This document shows positions 62,701-64,000 of a stretch of DNA of 64,000 nt, in pieces. The stretch lies in NCBI GenBank assembly GCA_043228905.1, contig JBHGNT010000005.1, positions 17,980,001-18,044,000 of the forward strand, written 5' to 3'. The position numbers and the translations under genes are program-made. The notes under the pieces were generated by a model, which saw nothing but the letters and a program-made list of their open reading frames with translations, did not search any database and had not been told where the DNA came from. Positions within the stretch are counted from its first letter, which is position 1. Every line of letters starts with the position of its first letter. This DNA is from Azolla caroliniana (taxonomy: Eukaryota > Plantae > Polypodiophyta).

Positions 62701-64000
62701 ATTACATCCAAAAAAAGGAAGAACATCATTTTGCATTTGTTCAACAACTAAGAGACCTTTTGCTAGATATATGAAGATGTTCGATTGCATATGTTGTGTA
62801 CGTGCTTTGAAAATCTAGGCTAAATTCTAATCGTAACCTATCTCTACTAATTAATCGAGTTGGTTTGTAGCTATGTAGCAACAAAGTGAATTGTTTCATA
62901 GCTAGGTAGCTAGAAAGTTACTCAAATAACTTTTTGAGTAGCTTGGTCCTATGGCAACTACTTAGATTGGTGGTAGGTTTGTGTAGCTCTTCCCTATACA
63001 TTTTATGCCATTTGGAAGTAGATGGGCCAAGTTCAATTGTGAACCTTGTTATTAAGATCGATATGGGTGTAGCACAAAGTGAGAGTCATATTGCAAATTT
63101 GGAGATATGGGTTCGAATATTGTTTCATGCCAACTAAACATGCAATCCTAGTAACTCTTGTCAGTTTGTAGATGACAAAACATCCTTTAGTAGATAGTTA
63201 TTGACAAAACATTTCCTCAAACAGCCGTAAGTTTTCTTGAACGTAGATCAACACGAGAACATCAACCTACGTCCCTTGCGAAACCGTAATGTTGTCATAA
63301 ATACAATGACATGATTCAATGGGTATGGAAAATCCTAAACAAATATATACGCATCAAAATTGTGTATTTTCACAAACCAAATAGAGTATATATTTAAAAT
63401 GACGATGATTAAGGGGGCGGTTGTAAATCTATATTTACAAGTAAATAAATTGAGAGAGAGTTATATGGTGGGATCAAATATAACGTGATTGAGTTTGACA
63501 TTATGACTCCTTGAACTCCTCTAATCCCCAACCCTTGAAAAACCCTATCAAAACTCACAAGTAGACTGTAGGACGCTACAACTATTCTAACCCTAGAGCT
63601 AAAGTTCTTGAACTTTGAGCTCCTTGAATAACATCAAATAGTGAGAACTAAAAACATAAACTCGTGAATAAGGAACCCCCAAAAATTAGCTTATCTCTTC
63701 TTTTGTTAGACTTTATCACATTTCTTCTCACTTGCCTAATTTACAATATGCTTTTTTATTTGTGAATGGCACCTAATTCGATGTAACTAGTCATTTTTTA
63801 CATTGTCATCCAAAAGTAAAATTTTGTATTTTGTTCCACTTAGATAATGAAACCTAGAACTCTTGTTTTAACAACCTTTTACTTTAAAAGAAACTAAACT
63901 AATGGTTTTTGTTGATATTTTTTTATTATAAGAGTATTTCCATGCAACACTTTTCTTACCTTTCTTTCTCCATTCAATTCTCTTGTGATCTAATTGCATC

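Noticed and set aside
63538-63600. Telomere-like AAACCCT/TAACCCT motifs
   Set aside because: Isolated single copies in AT-rich DNA.

Overview
Land-plant nuclear DNA; the PPR style and the Tcn1-type and Ylt1/Phygy-like retroelements suggest a seed-free plant such as a fern (inference). From 1.35 to 39 kb there is a five-level nest. A minus-strand Copia relic (A) is split by a Copia (B, 1879-38559). The 3' end of B is replaced by a tandem array of about 39 tRNA-Lys(UUU) genes and pseudogenes (5616-38261), with a 368-bp unit and higher-order repeats. The array carries a Copia (C, 6121-19961), which holds a further 8-kb copy of the array containing a solo LTR. It also carries a tRNA-Trp-primed Gypsy (20604-33030) with a young Copia (D, 27401-32787) in its LTR. 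From 39 to 49 kb are two apparently intact host genes: a BAP31-like gene (+) and an 11-exon TOM1/TOM3/THH1-family gene (-) with an RTE-X-like LINE fragment in intron 1. From 51 to 63 kb are duplicated PPR relics, a tRNase Z fragment, a ~292-bp repeat and a self-priming Tcn1-like chromovirus (54996-60633). The most striking feature is a self-amplifying tDNA array that sits inside retrotransposons. Its units have an upstream TATA element, a ~210-nt hairpin-containing trailer before the first T5 tract, and some anticodon-switched copies. All alignments and coordinates were done by eye.
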